Origin: an uncultured bacterium
Lineage (GTDB): Bacteria; Patescibacteriota; Minisyncoccia; UBA6257; 2-01-FULL-56-20
Assembly: GCA_963707865.1 (NCBI GenBank)
Contig: OY970175.1
Location: forward strand, 300,352-364,351
Direction of reading: 5' to 3'
Length of the DNA stretch: 64,000 nt
Shown: positions 1-9,858 of the stretch, in pieces
Layout of the letters: the number at the start of each line of letters is the position of its first letter
Numbering within the stretch: the first letter of the stretch is position 1
Notes under the pieces: model-generated
What the model was told of the DNA's origin: nothing
Databases searched by the model: none
Seen by the model: the letters and a program-made list of their open reading frames with translations, nothing else
Position numbers and translations under genes: made by a program

Positions 1-1
1 T

Positions 2-1003
2 GCTTTCGGACTTTCCACTGGCCTTGCCTACGTGCACGCAAGGAACACCTCGTACGCGGAACTTAAATCCCTCGCGGGCATCGCGAAAAAATTTCACGGC
101 GTGTACGCGACGCACTTGCGGAACCCAAGCAAAGGCATTGCGGCTTCGGTGGAAGAAACCATCAAACTTGCGGAGGAAGCCGGCGTAAAGACCCTTATCA
201 ACCATTTCGTCCCCGTCGTCGGCTCGGAAAAGGAATACGAAACCGCGCTTGCGGCGATAGAGGCTCTGCCGGGCGACATGGACCTTCATTTTGATATTTA
301 TCCTTCCTCAAGCTCGCTTCTGCCCATTTATACCTTCCTGCCGCTCTGGGCGCAGAACGGCGGCGTGGACGTCATGCTCGCGAATGTAAAGGACGAATGG
401 CTCGCGGCGCGCATACAAAAGGACATGCCGCACCTTGACGAAGAACATTTCGTGATTGCGCAGGCGCCCGGCAACGACTTTTTGGTGGGAAAAACATTGA
501 AAGAAGTGAAGCGTATGTACGGATTCACCGATGGACGGGATGCGCTCATCCGGCTCATGGTAACGATGAATATGCGGGGCGGCGTGCTCTATCGGAATCT
601 CGCAGCGCCTCTCTCAAAGCGCGCTATCGCCTCCAAGCGCAGTTTTGTCGCTTCCAACGCGCCGAGTTTCACCGACAGCGCCGTACGCGGCAAGCAATTG
701 AAATCGGAACGGACCACAAGCACTTTTATTAAGTTTTTATCCATGGTGGAGCAGGACCATATCATGCCGCTTGAAGAAGCGATCGCAAAGATCACTGCGG
801 CACCGGCGAAGAAATTTGACCTTGCACTCCGGGGAACCATCGCGGAGGGAAACTTTGCGGACCTCGCGTGCTTTAAGGGAGGCGAAATCAGATTCACCGT
901 AGTAAACGGCAAAGTGGCGATGCACAACGGCGCATGTACGCAGGCGTTGGCGGGTAAGGTGCTCCGCCACGGTCCTGCGTCGCCCGCGTTCGGCACAGCA
1001 TGA
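2..1003 (+). CDS. N-acyl-D-amino-acid deacylase / amidohydrolase family protein (5' end outside window)
   Basis: Frame open from position 2 (AFGLSTGLAY), YATHLR, and C-terminal ITAAPAKKF..RGTIAEGNFADL..VVNG, all typical of D-aminoacylase-like amidohydrolases. Confidence 0.8.
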   Translation, partial: AFGLSTGLAYVHARNTSYAELKSLAGIAKKFHGVYATHLRNPSKGIAASVEETIKLAEEAGVKTLINHFVPVVGSEKEYETALAAIEALPGDMDLHFDIYPSSSSLLPIYTFLPLWAQNGGVDVMLANVKDEWLAARIQKDMPHLDEEHFVIAQAPGNDFLVGKTLKEVKRMYGFTDGRDALIRLMVTMNMRGGVLYRNLAAPLSKRAIASKRSFVASNAPSFTDSAVRGKQLKSERTTSTFIKFLSMVEQDHIMPLEEAIAKITAAPAKKFDLALRGTIAEGNFADLACFKGGEIRFTVVNGKVAMHNGACTQALAGKVLRHGPASPAFGTA

Positions 1004-2112
1004 CGTTGTGGGGTTCCGGCAAGCGCGGTCATAATCCGGATTACTTTTTTTTCGCGATCGTTGTCATCCTTGTGGTGTTCGGACTCGCCATGCTTGCATC
1101 CGCTTCGTCCAATCTTGGGAAAATCAACTTCAATGACACCTATTACTATCTGAAACATCAGATCCTCTATGGCATCTTGGTCGGGATCGTCGGATTTCTT
1201 GTTGGGTATTACGTATATTACGGGCACTGGAAAAAAGTGGCGTTTGTCTTACTGCTTATAAGCTTGGCGGCGCTGGTTCTTGTCTTTACGCCGTTCGGCC
1301 TTCAGGCAAGAAACACAAGCCGTTGGCTCCGGTTCGGCCCTTTGAGCTTCCAGCCGGCGGAACTCATGAAACTTACGTTCATCATTTATCTTGCCGCCTG
1401 GCTTTCCAACCCAAAATTGAAGCGTGCCACTGACTTTCAGGCAGGCCTTCTGCCATTTCTTATCATCTCCGGCATCATTGCGGGACTTCTTATCCTGCAA
1501 CCAGCAACAAGTACGGTCGCCATCCTTCTCTTCTCGGGGCTCGCGGTGTACTTCATGAGCGGGGCGCCACTACGCTACATCCTTCTCATCGCACTCTGCG
1601 CCGTCGTCGCGATCGGACTCGTGATTTATATCACTCCATATCGCCGCGCGAGGATTCTGGGTTTCCTTGACCAAAGCGCGAATACGCAAACCACAAATTA
1701 TCAATTGAACCAATCGCTTATTGCCATCGGCTCGGGCGGGCTCACGGGGGCGGGTTACGGACAGTCGGCAACCAAAACAAGCTATCTTCCGACGCCGATT
1801 GACGATTCCATTTTCGCCGTGGTGGCGGAGGAGCTCGGCTTTGTGGGCGCGGGCGCGCTTGTGGCGCTTTTTGCGCTCTTTGCCGTCCGTCTCTATTGGC
1901 TTGCGAAGAAGATAAATGATCGCTTCGGCCGACTGCTCCTCATCGGCATCGGAACGGCGATCGCGCTCCAGGCATTCGTGAATATGGCGGCGACCTCCGG
2001 ACTTATTCCGCTTACAGGAGTTCCGTTGCCATTCGTAAGCTACGGCGGCACGGCGCTTGCGGTTTTTCTCACCATGAGCGGGATCGCGCTCAATGTGTCA
2101 AAATATACGTAA
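1000..2112 (+). CDS. ftsW: Peptidoglycan glycosyltransferase FtsW (SEDS family)
   Basis: About 10 TM segments; RW..FQPAEL.K, YQ..QS..AIGSGG, GVPLPFVSYGGT motifs; directly upstream of murG. Confidence 0.93.
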   Translation: MTLWGSGKRGHNPDYFFFAIVVILVVFGLAMLASASSNLGKINFNDTYYYLKHQILYGILVGIVGFLVGYYVYYGHWKKVAFVLLLISLAALVLVFTPFGLQARNTSRWLRFGPLSFQPAELMKLTFIIYLAAWLSNPKLKRATDFQAGLLPFLIISGIIAGLLILQPATSTVAILLFSGLAVYFMSGAPLRYILLIALCAVVAIGLVIYITPYRRARILGFLDQSANTQTTNYQLNQSLIAIGSGGLTGAGYGQSATKTSYLPTPIDDSIFAVVAEELGFVGAGALVALFALFAVRLYWLAKKINDRFGRLLLIGIGTAIALQAFVNMAATSGLIPLTGVPLPFVSYGGTALAVFLTMSGIALNVSKYT

Positions 2113-2124
2113 TAAAGTAATCCG

Positions 2125-3258
2125 ATGAAAACCGAAAGTTTCCGTGTAGTGGTGGCGGGCGGGGGAAGCGGGGGACACGTATACCCCACGATCGCGGTGA
2201 TTGAAGCGCTCAAAAAGCAGTGTGCCGAGCTCGGAGTGCCGCTTGAGGTGATCCGCGTGGGTCCGCGGGATGGCTACGAACCGCTCTTCGCCGACTGCGG
2301 TGTCGCGCTTTCACCGATTGTGGCCGGCAAGGTCCGCCGATATGCATCATTAGCGAACTTCGTTGATATCCCCAAATTCTTTATTGGATTCCTCCACGCG
2401 CTTTTCAAGCTGTACTTCCTTATGCCCGACGTTATTTTTTCAAAAGGCGGTACGGGTGCCTTGCCCGTTGTCGCCGCTGGCTGGTTTTATCGCATCCCCA
2501 TCGCTATCCACGAATCCGACGCGAAGCCGGGCCTCACCAACCTTTTTTCCGCGCGTTTCGCGAGAAGAGTGTTTGTGAGCTTCGCAAGCGCGGCCGTTTA
2601 CTTCAATCTGCAGAAAACGCAAGTGACGGGAACCCCGATCCGGGAGGGACTCCTCGTAGGAAGAACCGCGAAAGAACCTACAAAAGAAACACTTGGTTTT
2701 GATTCCCAAAGTTCGCTTACGCTCATTCTTGGCGGCTCACAGGGCTCGCAACGGATCAATCAATTCATTCTTGAGAGCATTGTCGCGCTCGTAAAGGAAA
2801 CCCAGGTGCTCCATCAAACCGGCGCGGCGAATTTGCCGGAGGTTGCGCGACTCTCCCGCGCCGCGCTCATTGATGAATCGTTCCAAAACCGCTACAAGGC
2901 CGTGGGATATTTCGAGAAAGACCTTTCGCTCGCGCTTGCCGCCGCCGACCTCGTGGTCGCACGCGCTGGCAGCAACACTATCGCCGAAGTCGCCTCGTTC
3001 GGCATCCCCATGATCCTTATCCCGCTTTCCGATGCGGCCAACGACCACCAGAAACTGAACGCTTACGAATTCGCAAAAAACGGCGGCGCCGTCGTGATTG
3101 AGGAAGCCAATTTATTTGAAGGCATCTTTCTCGGGCAACTAAAGGCGATTCTTGGCAACGAGGAGTTGCGCGCCAAGATGAGTGCCGCCGCAAGCCAATT
3201 CTTCCTCCCCGATGCTGCGGGAAAAATTGTGGAGGAGCTGCTCCGCCTTGCGATATAG
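2125..3258 (+). CDS. murG: Lipid II GlcNAc transferase MurG
   Basis: GGGSGGHVYP, HESD..PG..N, GGSQGS..IN, RAGS.T..E motifs. Confidence 0.96.
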   Translation: MKTESFRVVVAGGGSGGHVYPTIAVIEALKKQCAELGVPLEVIRVGPRDGYEPLFADCGVALSPIVAGKVRRYASLANFVDIPKFFIGFLHALFKLYFLMPDVIFSKGGTGALPVVAAGWFYRIPIAIHESDAKPGLTNLFSARFARRVFVSFASAAVYFNLQKTQVTGTPIREGLLVGRTAKEPTKETLGFDSQSSLTLILGGSQGSQRINQFILESIVALVKETQVLHQTGAANLPEVARLSRAALIDESFQNRYKAVGYFEKDLSLALAAADLVVARAGSNTIAEVASFGIPMILIPLSDAANDHQKLNAYEFAKNGGAVVIEEANLFEGIFLGQLKAILGNEELRAKMSAAASQFFLPDAAGKIVEELLRLAI

Positions 3259-3274
3259 AAGCGCAAAAAAAACA

Positions 3275-5026
3275 ATGAACGCTGAAATCAAAGCTTGCCA
3301 AAATTGCAAAAAACAGTTCGCGATTGAGCAGGATGATTTTGCGTTTTATGAAAAGATAAAGGTTCCGCCGCCCACGTGGTGCACAGAGTGCCGCAGAGAG
3401 CGCCTTTTAACGTGGCGGAACGAACGAACCCTTTATAGAAGGAAATGTGCTGCGACTAATAAAGATATCATTTCCGTATTCCGCCCCGACAGCCCGATGA
3501 CCATCTACGACCGGGACTATTGGTGGAGTGACAGCTGGAATCCAGAAGACTTCGGACGGGAATACGACTTCTCCAAGCCGTTTTTTTCGCAGTTCAGAAG
3601 CCTGATGGAAAAAGCTCCCATGCCTGCAGTGTTCAACTCACAATGCTTGAACAGTGAATATTGTAACCACATAACCAAATCTAAAAACTGTTATCTTGTT
3701 TTTGCCACGTGGCATTCCGAGAATCTGATGTACTCGGCGCAGTGCAGCGATACCACCGACTCGCTGGACATCCTTACTGGTACCGAGTGCGAGCTTTGTT
3801 ATGACGACATAAAAGGCATAAAGCTGTACCGCGTCTTTTATTCCGATAACTGCGAAGGCTGCAGTGATTGCGCCTTTTTATATGACTGCAAGGGTTGCCA
3901 GTACTGCTTTGGCTGCACCAATCTCCGCAACAAATCATATTACTTTTTCAACAAATCCCTTGGCAAAGAAGCGTATTTGGAAAAGATGAAGGAATTCAAC
4001 CTCGGCAACCGCGAGGGCGTAAGGCGAGCCAAGCAAAGGTTTGAAACAGAAAAGCTCCGCGCGATCAGACGCCCAGCGTTCCTTGTCAATTCAACCAACT
4101 CAACGGGAGATTATCTCGAGCGGTGCGAATCGTGTGTGCATTGCTTCGGCATTCGGGCGGGGGCAAAAAACTGCAAGAATTGTTACAACGGCGGCTATAA
4201 TCTTTTTGATTCGCGGGATTCGTACGGTCCGGGAGTCAATGCCGAACTTCTCTACGAAAGCATAGACACCGGGGTCGAGGGTTCTTCGCTTTACTTTGAC
4301 ATTGTGGTATACGGCGGTATGAACGTGGAATATAGCTACAATTGCCATGGTGCAAGCAATTGTTTCGGCTGCGTTGGTTTACGAAATAAACAATACTGCA
4401 TATTAAACAAGCAATACTCGAAAGATGCGTATGAGATCTTGATAACCAAGATAAAGCAACACATGAGCGACGTGCCCTATATCGATAAGAAGGGCAGAAA
4501 ATACTCCTACGGTGAATTCTTCCCGGTTGAGCTATCTCCATTCGCTTTCAATGAAACCATATCGTACGAGTTTTTCCCCTATTCGCGCGGCGAACTTCGA
4601 TCACGCGGGTACGAATATCTCGAACCGGCGAAAACAAGCTATAAAGTGACTGTTGATGTCGGCAATGTCCCGGTCGACTTGAGAGACGTAGACAAAAAAG
4701 TAACGGATGAAGTAATCGCATGCGAGCACGCGGGAACTTGTCGCGATAATTGCAGTGGCGCATTTCGCATAACCCCGCAGGAACTGCAGCTTTATGAAAA
4801 ACTGCATATATGCCTGCCGGTGCTCTGTCCGAACTGTCGCCATATGGAGCGCGTGCGCCGTACTAACCCATTTTTCCTTTGGCACCGTGTGTGTCAATGT
4901 TCCGGGGGTTCTGCGCCGCATTTTCATGGCACAAACCGTTGCCCTAATGAATTTGAAACCTCCTATGCCCCTGACCGATCAGAGATCGTTTACTGCGAGC
5001 AGTGCTATCAGGCAGAAGTGGCTTAA
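3275..5026 (+). CDS. Cys-rich hypothetical protein with multiple CxxC/Zn-ribbon motifs (CPR-type)
   Basis: ATG at 3275 after the murG stop; about 38 Cys counted; N-terminal CQNC..PPTWCTEC and C-terminal YCEQCY. Confidence 0.8.
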   Translation: MNAEIKACQNCKKQFAIEQDDFAFYEKIKVPPPTWCTECRRERLLTWRNERTLYRRKCAATNKDIISVFRPDSPMTIYDRDYWWSDSWNPEDFGREYDFSKPFFSQFRSLMEKAPMPAVFNSQCLNSEYCNHITKSKNCYLVFATWHSENLMYSAQCSDTTDSLDILTGTECELCYDDIKGIKLYRVFYSDNCEGCSDCAFLYDCKGCQYCFGCTNLRNKSYYFFNKSLGKEAYLEKMKEFNLGNREGVRRAKQRFETEKLRAIRRPAFLVNSTNSTGDYLERCESCVHCFGIRAGAKNCKNCYNGGYNLFDSRDSYGPGVNAELLYESIDTGVEGSSLYFDIVVYGGMNVEYSYNCHGASNCFGCVGLRNKQYCILNKQYSKDAYEILITKIKQHMSDVPYIDKKGRKYSYGEFFPVELSPFAFNETISYEFFPYSRGELRSRGYEYLEPAKTSYKVTVDVGNVPVDLRDVDKKVTDEVIACEHAGTCRDNCSGAFRITPQELQLYEKLHICLPVLCPNCRHMERVRRTNPFFLWHRVCQCSGGSAPHFHGTNRCPNEFETSYAPDRSEIVYCEQCYQAEVA

Positions 5027-5093
5027 TTTCAAAGATTTACAGCAGTTTTTGCAAGGCATGAAAAATGAAAGCGCTTTTCGAACTATAGACAGC

Positions 5094-5237
5094 AGCGCAT
5101 GAGCGTTGTTTTTCCGGAGCATCCCGGAGCCGCGGCGGCTTGAGGCGACCTTCAGGTCGCCTGCCGCGGCGAGGGCGAGCGGCGTTTTCCCGTCGGAGAA
5201 AACGACCGCGTCTCCGAAAAGACAACGCTCATGCGCT
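5094..5237. repeat. 144-bp palindromic MITE/REP-like element
   Basis: 26-bp terminal inverted repeats (AGCGCATGAGCGTTGT..., 2 mismatches) enclosing two internal GC-rich hairpins. Confidence 0.75.
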
Positions 5238-5284
5238 AATCAGAATTAGAAAAACCCTAAAATTTGAGGTAAGATAGGGGAGAT

Positions 5285-6781
5285 ATGACGGAAAAAAAGG
5301 AGGAAAAGGACATGGCGGTCCGCGTAAGGATGGCGCCAAGCCCCACGGGGCCTTTGCATGTTGGGACTGCGCGGACGGCGCTTTTCAATTGGCTTTTCGC
5401 TCGTAAGCATGGGGGGGTGTTCGTGCTGCGCGTGGAGGACACGGACAAGGACCGCTCGGAAAAAAAATACGAAGACGAGATCCTGGAAGGCCTTTCGTGG
5501 CTTGGTTTGGATTGGGATGAGGGGCCGCTTGCGGACGGCGGTCGCCTGCCGGTGGCGGACGAAAAAGGACCGTACGGCCCGTACCGGCAAAGCGAGCGGA
5601 CTGCGATCTACAAAAAGTATCTGCAGGAGCTTTTGGATAAGGGCGAAGCGTACTACTGCTATTGCACCAAAGAAGAGCTCGGAGCGCAGCGCGAGGCGAT
5701 GCTCGCGCAGGGACTCCCGCCGAAATACAACGGCCGGTGCAGAAATCTGAAGACACTACCGGCAGGAAAAAGCCCGGAGGTAATCCGCTTCAAGATTCCA
5801 GAAACGGACGTGGAATTTAATGATCTTATCCGCGGAAAAGTTGCATTCGATACCTCGCTCTTCGGCGACATCATAATCGCGAAGAACCTTTTGAATCCAC
5901 TCTATAATTTCGCGGTCGTGGTGGACGACGAGCTTATGAGAATCAGCCATGTTATCCGCGGAGAGGATCATCTTCCGAACACGCCGAAGCAAATTCTTAT
6001 GCAGCGCGCGCTTGGATTCAGCGAACCGCACTATGCCCACATTCCGCTCATCCTGAATCCCGATCGCACCAAGATGTCAAAGCGTTTCGCCGACACCGCG
6101 CTCTTGCCATATCGCGAGAAGGGCTACCTGCCGGACGCACTCTTCAACTTTTTAGCCCTTCTCGGCTGGCACCCGAAAGATAACCGTGAAGTGCTTTCCA
6201 AAAAGGACTTGATAAAAGAGTTTGACCTCGCGCGAGTGCAGCAGGCGGGCGCCGCGTTCAATCCGGAAAAGCTGGAATGGCTGAACCGCGAACACCTGAA
6301 GAAAATGAGCAGCAAAAAGACCGCTGCCGAGATACGCGCATTGAAACTGTTTGCATCCGAGGGCCTGCCCGAACCAGAGGAAGATGTTCTTATGAAGATC
6401 ATTGATGTGGAGCGAAACCGCGCGAGCACGCTCCGCGACTTTGTAACGCTCGGCCGCTTTTTCCTTGTCCTGCCAGAGTATGAAAAAGAACTCTTGATCT
6501 GGAAAGAAAGCTCCGCCATGGAAGCAGATGCCGCGCTCAGGGCGATGGACGACGCGCTTGCAAAGATCAATGCGCAGGAATTTAACCGCGAAACGTTATC
6601 GGCGGCCGTCACGAACACCATTACGGCAATTGATGGGAAGAGGGGATCGGTACTGTGGCCTCTCCGCGTAGCGGTTTCCGGGCAGAGGGCATCGCCCGAT
6701 CCCCTGGAAATCATGGAGGTGCTGGGCAAGGCGGAATCGCTTCGCCGGATAGCCCTCGCACGCAAGAAACTTACTTCTTAA
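5285..6781 (+). CDS. gltX: Glutamate--tRNA ligase
   Basis: RMAPSPTGPLHVG (HIGH), LRVEDTD, HVIRGEDH, KMSKR motifs. Confidence 0.97.
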   Translation: MTEKKEEKDMAVRVRMAPSPTGPLHVGTARTALFNWLFARKHGGVFVLRVEDTDKDRSEKKYEDEILEGLSWLGLDWDEGPLADGGRLPVADEKGPYGPYRQSERTAIYKKYLQELLDKGEAYYCYCTKEELGAQREAMLAQGLPPKYNGRCRNLKTLPAGKSPEVIRFKIPETDVEFNDLIRGKVAFDTSLFGDIIIAKNLLNPLYNFAVVVDDELMRISHVIRGEDHLPNTPKQILMQRALGFSEPHYAHIPLILNPDRTKMSKRFADTALLPYREKGYLPDALFNFLALLGWHPKDNREVLSKKDLIKEFDLARVQQAGAAFNPEKLEWLNREHLKKMSSKKTAAEIRALKLFASEGLPEPEEDVLMKIIDVERNRASTLRDFVTLGRFFLVLPEYEKELLIWKESSAMEADAALRAMDDALAKINAQEFNRETLSAAVTNTITAIDGKRGSVLWPLRVAVSGQRASPDPLEIMEVLGKAESLRRIALARKKLTS

Positions 6782-6782
6782 C

Positions 6783-8084
6783 ATGAAGACGCTTTTTTAT
6801 TTTTACGCGCAAATCGTCGCGGCGGCCGTCACGGGATGTGCAATCGTAGCAATCACCGCGAGTGCCCAAAGCGTTTCACCAACCTCCACAACTACGCAGA
6901 TGACGGCGACCACCCTGCAGGCGCAGATCCAGCAAAAACAGCAGCAATTGAATGGCGTGAACGCCCAACTTGCATCCACCACCGCGAACCTGAAGCAGAT
7001 ACAATCGCAGCGCGTGACGCTCCAGCAGCAGCTCAACCTGATCAACGGCAACGTCAGTTCGTTGAATTTTGGCATCCAAGCCGATACGCTGACCTCGCAA
7101 CAGCTCACGTTAGAAATTGAACAGCTCCAGAGTGACATGAAGGACATTCAGGCATCCGTGGCGACGAAACAAAATGCCATCGCGAGCATCTTGCAAGAAG
7201 TTGAGCGGAATGATTCCGAAAATGGAAACCTTTTCGCGTTATTCCTCAAAAGCGGGACGCTTGCGGACGGCGTCATGGAAGCGAATTCACTTTTGAATCT
7301 CCGCGCGGAGCTTGCGACCGACATTGATGCGCTTAAGGAACTCAACACGGAATATGCTACGAAGATTGAGGACAGTACGGCGAAATCAGGGCAAGTTACG
7401 GTACACCAAGAAGACCTTCAGAACAAGAAAGTAATCGTCCAAGATGAACAATCGCAAAAGCAAACTCTCTTGAAATCAACCAAGAATCAAGAAAGCGTTT
7501 TCCAAGAGCAGATGACGGCGCTTCAAAAAGAACAGGCGGCGATCGCAAGCGACATGGAGGCGATCGCCGCGGTGCTGCGCACAAAGATTGACCCCTCCAC
7601 ACTGCCCGCACTCGCGCCCGGGGTACTCCTCATACCGATCCATGGCGACGATGAGTCGGACATCACGCAAGGATACGGCGCGACCGCATTTGCCAAAAAC
7701 GGCTACGCGGGGCACTGGCACAACGGCATTGATCTTGCCGCATCCATCGGAACGCCGGTCCTCGCGGCCGAGGATGGCGTTGTGGCCGCCACCGGCAACC
7801 AGGACGCGTACTGTCCAAAAGGGGCATACGGAAAATTCGTAGTCATCAATCACACGAACAATCTCACCACACTCTACGGCCATTTCTCGCGGATCATCGT
7901 CGCAAAGGGCGACACGGTAAAGAGGGGACAGGTAATCGGCTATTCCGGCCAGACGGGCTATGCCACCGGCCCGCACCTGCACTTCACGGTTTATGCTCAG
8001 GCGACGTTCTATATGGGACAATCAAAGGTGTGCGGGCCAATGCCCTACGGCGGTGATCTGAACCCTATTGGATATTTATTCTAA
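6783..8084 (+). CDS. Coiled-coil plus M23 peptidase (EnvC/NlpD-like murein hydrolase)
   Basis: Signal peptide, long Q-rich coiled coil, HNGID and TGPHLHF M23 motifs. Confidence 0.88.
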   Translation: MKTLFYFYAQIVAAAVTGCAIVAITASAQSVSPTSTTTQMTATTLQAQIQQKQQQLNGVNAQLASTTANLKQIQSQRVTLQQQLNLINGNVSSLNFGIQADTLTSQQLTLEIEQLQSDMKDIQASVATKQNAIASILQEVERNDSENGNLFALFLKSGTLADGVMEANSLLNLRAELATDIDALKELNTEYATKIEDSTAKSGQVTVHQEDLQNKKVIVQDEQSQKQTLLKSTKNQESVFQEQMTALQKEQAAIASDMEAIAAVLRTKIDPSTLPALAPGVLLIPIHGDDESDITQGYGATAFAKNGYAGHWHNGIDLAASIGTPVLAAEDGVVAATGNQDAYCPKGAYGKFVVINHTNNLTTLYGHFSRIIVAKGDTVKRGQVIGYSGQTGYATGPHLHFTVYAQATFYMGQSKVCGPMPYGGDLNPIGYLF

Positions 8085-8102
8085 AAATGGCATAATGAAA
8101 CC

Positions 8103-8540
8103 ATGTTGTGGCGGCGAAGAGCGCGTGCCCTTGTGATAATGGCAGTTATCGCCGTTTGTGTTGCCACGGCGACTTCCTTAAAAACCGCCCAAACCGTGGG
8201 AGCGTATTCGCTTCAAGGAACTCCCCAAAGCCAGTCGGGCTTTACGACGGTTGGTCTGCCGTCCTTGAACTTTAGCAGTTTGCTCTCACCGCTCCAGAAT
8301 TTCCTGAACAGCATCGGCTCGGTGGGGAAAGGAGCAATGCCGCAGCTCAATCTGTCCACGCCACAAACACAACTCCTCACGACAGGCACGCTAAACGTTT
8401 TTCAGCAATTTGATGACTGGTTTTATGGCACCGTCGGGTTTCATATTTCCGAATTCTTCGTCGCCATTCTGAACGTTCTTCTTTGGGTACTCGGCATTGT
8501 GGAGAGCATAGTCAGGTGGCTCCTGGGCCTCGTCCGGTAG
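8103..8540 (+). CDS. Hypothetical membrane protein
   Basis: N-terminal signal and C-terminal amphipathic/TM helix; TGnCATAAT 6 nt upstream of the ATG. Confidence 0.65.
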   Translation: MLWRRRARALVIMAVIAVCVATATSLKTAQTVGAYSLQGTPQSQSGFTTVGLPSLNFSSLLSPLQNFLNSIGSVGKGAMPQLNLSTPQTQLLTTGTLNVFQQFDDWFYGTVGFHISEFFVAILNVLLWVLGIVESIVRWLLGLVR

Positions 8541-8597
8541 GAGTTGTTTTAATCAAAACTTTAGGACTTTTTAATATCTTTTTTGTATAGTGGCAAC

Positions 8598-9122
8598 ATG
8601 GAAATGTTGCCGGGGGATTACATTGCCGGATTTGTGGATGGCGAAGGGTGTTTCGCGCTGAAGTTCATCCGATCCGTGCGCCATGACAGGAAAAACAAAC
8701 CAGTTTATTTTTATTGGGATGTGGAATTTATTATTGCTTTGCGAATAGACGACAAAGAAATTTTGGAAAAAATTCGGACATCGCTGGAGTGTGGGCGAAT
8801 AAGCCTCAGCAAAAGTGGTGAAGCGAGGTTTTACGTGAACGCAATCAATGATTTGAAAGATAAACTAGTACCATTTTTTGAAAAATATTCCTTACGTGCC
8901 AAAAAACAGAAGGATTTTTTATTATGGAAAGAGGCATTAATGATTCTGTATAAAAATCAGCAGATCAATATTTTGAGGAGAAAACAACAGAAAGGATTTT
9001 TAAAAATTAATATGAATGAAACCGATCGGCGTCGGTTACGCGAAATTCACGAGGAGATGAAACCCATCAAGAGCAAGAGAAAAGCTGACTGGAAGTGGTT
9101 AAATGCAGAAAGCAAAAGCTAG
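8598..9122 (+). CDS. Freestanding single-motif LAGLIDADG homing endonuclease
   Basis: YIAGFVDGEGCF motif, ...LECG.I..., PFFEKYSL.AKKQ.DF..W; AT-rich relative to flanks. Confidence 0.88.
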   Translation: MEMLPGDYIAGFVDGEGCFALKFIRSVRHDRKNKPVYFYWDVEFIIALRIDDKEILEKIRTSLECGRISLSKSGEARFYVNAINDLKDKLVPFFEKYSLRAKKQKDFLLWKEALMILYKNQQINILRRKQQKGFLKINMNETDRRRLREIHEEMKPIKSKRKADWKWLNAESKS

Positions 9123-9226
9123 CTTAGTTTGTTTATCTGTCTGGAAAGGTATATTGTGCGACATATAGTATCCGGCCGTAGGTATCCTTCCCTGCTAGAC
9201 CGGCATTACTATAAGATAAAGGAGTT

Positions 9227-9844
9227 ATGGCAGCGAAAGTCATTGCGGGAGCGTTTTTAATATTTTGCACCTTCACAGTTCTTACCGTGATAGGAAATTT
9301 TTTTACCTCCGGTGGTTTGGTGCGTGCGTATCAGTCCGGCAGCAGTGCAAACCAACTTACTTCAATTGATTTCAGCTTATTTGATAAAAACGGCACTGGC
9401 AGAAGTTATATTACGCAGGGATATGGCCATACGTCGTTTTCATATCAATACCCGGGCGGATGGCACAACGGCATTGATATCGCAGCCACCTATGGGGCGC
9501 CGATCTACTCCCCCAGCGAAGGGACGGTGCTCACAACCGGTAATCAGGATAACTACTGTCCGCGGCGCGGCTTTGGCAAATATGTGGCGCTAGACGATAC
9601 GGCAAATCACCTTGTACTCTGGTTTGCGCACCTCGGCACAATCTCCGTCTCGGCCGGTAGCATGATCAAAAAAGGTACTTTGATCGGCACCGTGGGCGCA
9701 ACCGGCTTTGAAACGGGCACCCACCTTCACTTCTCCGTTTTTGACGAGAATGGATTTTCCATGACCTCGCGCAACGGCTGCGGCCCGGATCCGACCGGTC
9801 ATGATCTCGATCCCCTTTCATATCTAGGAACTACCTACAAGTAG
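9227..9844 (+). CDS. M23 family metallopeptidase
   Basis: ITQGYG, WHNGID, TGTHLHF; paralogous to the C-terminal domain of 6783-8084; AAGGAG RBS. Confidence 0.88.
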   Translation: MAAKVIAGAFLIFCTFTVLTVIGNFFTSGGLVRAYQSGSSANQLTSIDFSLFDKNGTGRSYITQGYGHTSFSYQYPGGWHNGIDIAATYGAPIYSPSEGTVLTTGNQDNYCPRRGFGKYVALDDTANHLVLWFAHLGTISVSAGSMIKKGTLIGTVGATGFETGTHLHFSVFDENGFSMTSRNGCGPDPTGHDLDPLSYLGTTYK

Positions 9845-9858
9845 AGACAAACAAAATA

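Noticed and set aside
8541-9226. Group I intron hosting the LAGLIDADG ORF
   Set aside because: No split host gene, flanks are too short, and there is only a loose ATATAGT resemblance to the conserved core
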